From: Marsupella aquatica
Lineage: Eukaryota > Plantae > Marchantiophyta
DNA: 64,000 bases
Assembly: GCA_973895155.1 (NCBI GenBank)
Contig: OZ316899.1
Span: 13,953,934-14,017,933, forward strand
Reading direction: 5' to 3'
In this document: positions 61,641-64,000 of the stretch, in pieces
How positions within the stretch are numbered: the stretch's first letter is position 1
Layout: the number at the start of each line of letters is the position of its first letter
Notes under the pieces: generated by a model
Databases searched by the model: none
What the model saw: the letters and a program-made list of their open reading frames with translations, nothing else
What the model was told of the DNA's origin: nothing
Position numbers and translations under genes: made by a program

Positions 61641-62229
61641 ACACCCTACGTGATGACAGTGAATTTTGGAAGAATGAATCCACCTGACAATACAAGGACA
61701 ACAAAATTCCTGCTTTTTGAGTTGATCTGGCCCACTGGTGCTCAGGTCCGATTTTGATAGGTACAAGGGATATGTGAACAATACGTACTAGGCACCTGCA
61801 CGGATGTAGGACATTGTTTGAATATATACTACAAAATCCATATCGAAGGTGAAATGAAGTGCAACCAACTTGTCATGGCACATACATATTTTGTTGTAAA
61901 GGAGGATACATTCAATGACAAACTTATAGGGAAATTTGATTAATTGCATGCCTGATAATTTATACGCTTACAACTTAGAAGTCCTGTTTTAATTTAGCAG
62001 TCTGATGAAAGTGTTTATGAAAATGACCACTCAGCCTAAATACTTCCAAGAAGGCTTGTAAGGATAAGTTTTTATAGGCATGTACCCAGCCACTGACGCC
62101 AGAGCAGAAGATAAGTGCTGCCTATATAAACTCGCCTACCCAACTCCTTTTCAAAATTGGAATCTCTGCAATCTCAAAAAATAGTACATCCACATCAGGT
62201 GCACTGTGCATGTACAATGTTTAGCTTCA

Positions 62230-62903
62230 CAGCCAAGATATGTGATCACAGGAGTGCGTGAGGTAGGATCAATGGCATGGCGATGACAATAAAATATCCA
62301 TCGATCAACACCATGTGCAGAGTGATCATAGATTTCTCTGTCACAAGCATAACCCTCTGCTTGATGATCTTTCAGGCAATGATAGTGCCACATAGTGGGA
62401 CACCTAGCACAGTGGACTATGTCAGTCCAGTAGTCATCATCATGCTCACCACATGCCTTGCACCTATGAAGTGGGCAAGCTGTGGCATGAGCAGGCAAAC
62501 ACTCAAAACAGAAAAATCTCACACAAAAACGGTCTGGACATTTCCTAACATTTGCTGCAGCATCAACAGAGCCCTCATAGGACCCCAACTTCCCACACTG
62601 TGCACACTTAGCCTGCTTCTCCAAACAATCAGTGCACATCCAGTCTCCCTGGTGTGTTGACGGGAGGCCCACCCCTGGACAGTTGTTTTCTGCAGCAAGG
62701 TCAGACTCCGGGTTGAGGTGGAAATGCCTCATGCAAGGGCCCTCACAAATGACCAGGCCCCCACCATCGTCACAAATGGCACAACAATGAGCTGCCTTCT
62801 GGAAAATCTGACTTGCAAAGAAGTTAGTAGCATCTGCCCCAAGTACACCTCTGTTTCTCACCTCTGTCACACGCTTTTTGGCTTGAATTTTAGGCCGTGC
62901 CAT
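62230..62903 (-). CDS. Composite PHD-finger protein, EDM2/NSD-like
   Basis: CAICDDGGGLVICEGPCMRHFH...C..C...C..C.KLGS...KC...C.RFF...C...CPLHRC..C...C.RCP..WH..CL follows the EDM2 PHD cassette layout. Confidence 0.85.
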
Positions 62904-62916
62904 GCCTGCGCATGAG

Positions 62917-63060
62917 ATAGACTCTACAATTTAGCAGACTGCACAGAAAGTAAAATATATTTAGCATTTAAGGTACAAAGGCATTTAGATAGACTCTACA
63001 ATTCAGCCGACTGCACAGAAAGTAAAATATATTTAGCATTTAAGGTACAAAGGTATTTGC
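62917..63060 (+). repeat. 72-bp direct duplication just upstream of the PHD ORF
   Basis: ATAGACTCTACAATT... at 62917 and 62989. Confidence 0.9.
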
Positions 63061-63848
63061 TACTGCAATGAATTGGAATGGCCACACAAGGATGCAGAGC
63101 AGACATACATTTGGTATGTTGAGCCCACACACAAAACTGATCCCCTAATACAATTTCTCCACCAACACCTCCATTTTAATTGTGGCTATGATTCACCAAA
63201 GGAGATCTACAACAACATTTCATGCATTTGAATCACATACAATAGTTGTGACATGTAAAACAGGCATTCTTCGAAGAGGATTGGTATGAAGCAGTGTCAT
63301 AAGGGTTGAAATTTATACATCCTAAATAGGCTATGATAGTGGCTGAGACAAATAAGTGAGGCATAAATCACATTTTGCAGGTTATCACATGGCCCATTAA
63401 TTCATTCAACGTTGCAATGTTCACCAGGTTAAAGCAATATTAAAGCAGTCTTTCAATAGAGACTTTTAAGCGAGTTTGCTAGCCTCTTAAATTAGGATAT
63501 TTTGCTTAGTGTAGGCATAATAGGATAAGTTATGTACTGTTGACCCTAAACCCTGGACCCAAAATTGCTCATACATCAAAATTTTAAGTAAATATCCTCT
63601 ATATTGAAGTCAGAGAGTGTTAAGCTATAGGTCAATGGTATCTGGTCTGTGCATGCGGTGTGACAAGTGGTCCTCTAGAGCATGTGATCCAAACATGTGT
63701 AGACACCAAAGCCACCAGTGGTGGGGTCTGGGAGGGCAGGACAAGTGACATCACCAGGCACACTGCAGGATGGCGAGTGGTTCTAGATGATACATTGTGC
63801 TCTGTGCAAAAATTGGCATCCAAGAGAACGGTCATCCAATTTTGGGCC

Positions 63849-64000
63849 TGTGGTGCGTCCCATGGCTCCCTAAACCCAAGAAACCCCCCAGCTCAAGCCG
63901 ATTCCCACAGGTTTTGCGCTTGGCGAGGCCGTTTCCGCGGCTTAACGGCATGGGACGCTGCTAACCTTCTACTACTACTATTAACATTTTACACACATAT
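63849..64000 (-). mobile_element. End of another LTR of the giant-LTR Gypsy family
   Basis: TGTGGTGCGTCCCATGGCTCCCTAAACCC... is near-identical to 2250 and 13130. Predicted TSD is GGGCC. Confidence 0.95.

Larger units (their letters stand above)
40232..64000 (-). mobile_element. Large CACTA/En-Spm element (outer); other end lies beyond the window
   Basis: Terminus CACTAGAAGAA at 40232 with many TGTGAC subterminal motifs; TnpD transposase inside. Predicted TSD is CCG. Confidence 0.75.

Overview
Eukaryotic, plant-type heterochromatic window, probably from a non-seed land plant (inference from a Bianca-type Copia, a chromodomain-less Gypsy and plastid-HSP90/EDM2-like cargo). It consists almost entirely of nested transposons, most with readable TSDs. 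(1) A complete Ty3/Gypsy element (2250-17775, minus strand, TSD GTTAG) has giant ~4.65-kb LTRs, each carrying a decayed ~1050-1200-codon gene. Diverged homologs of that gene sit in two other LTR families here: a solo LTR at 31-18843 and an LTR fragment at 37867-40231. (2) A decayed Plavaka-type transposase (about 25.9-35.3 kb) is interrupted by a Bianca Copia (TSD CTTTC) and a small CACTA (TSD CTT). It is flanked by a spliced ParB-like + beta-class N4/N6 DNA methyltransferase + Ulp1 gene and a RAD5/16-type SNF2 gene. (3) A large CACTA starts at 40232 and runs off the right edge. It carries TnpD, an EDM2-like PHD cassette, tandem Pol-lambda-like BRCT domains and a GW-rich ORF. It is interrupted by a solo LTR (TSD ATAGG), an 11-kb non-autonomous CACTA (TSD TAT; ~710-bp satellite, captured plastid-type HSP90 exons) and a second copy of the giant-LTR Gypsy. 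No intact host gene, rRNA, tRNA or CRISPR array was seen. All domain calls are by motif recognition, not database search.
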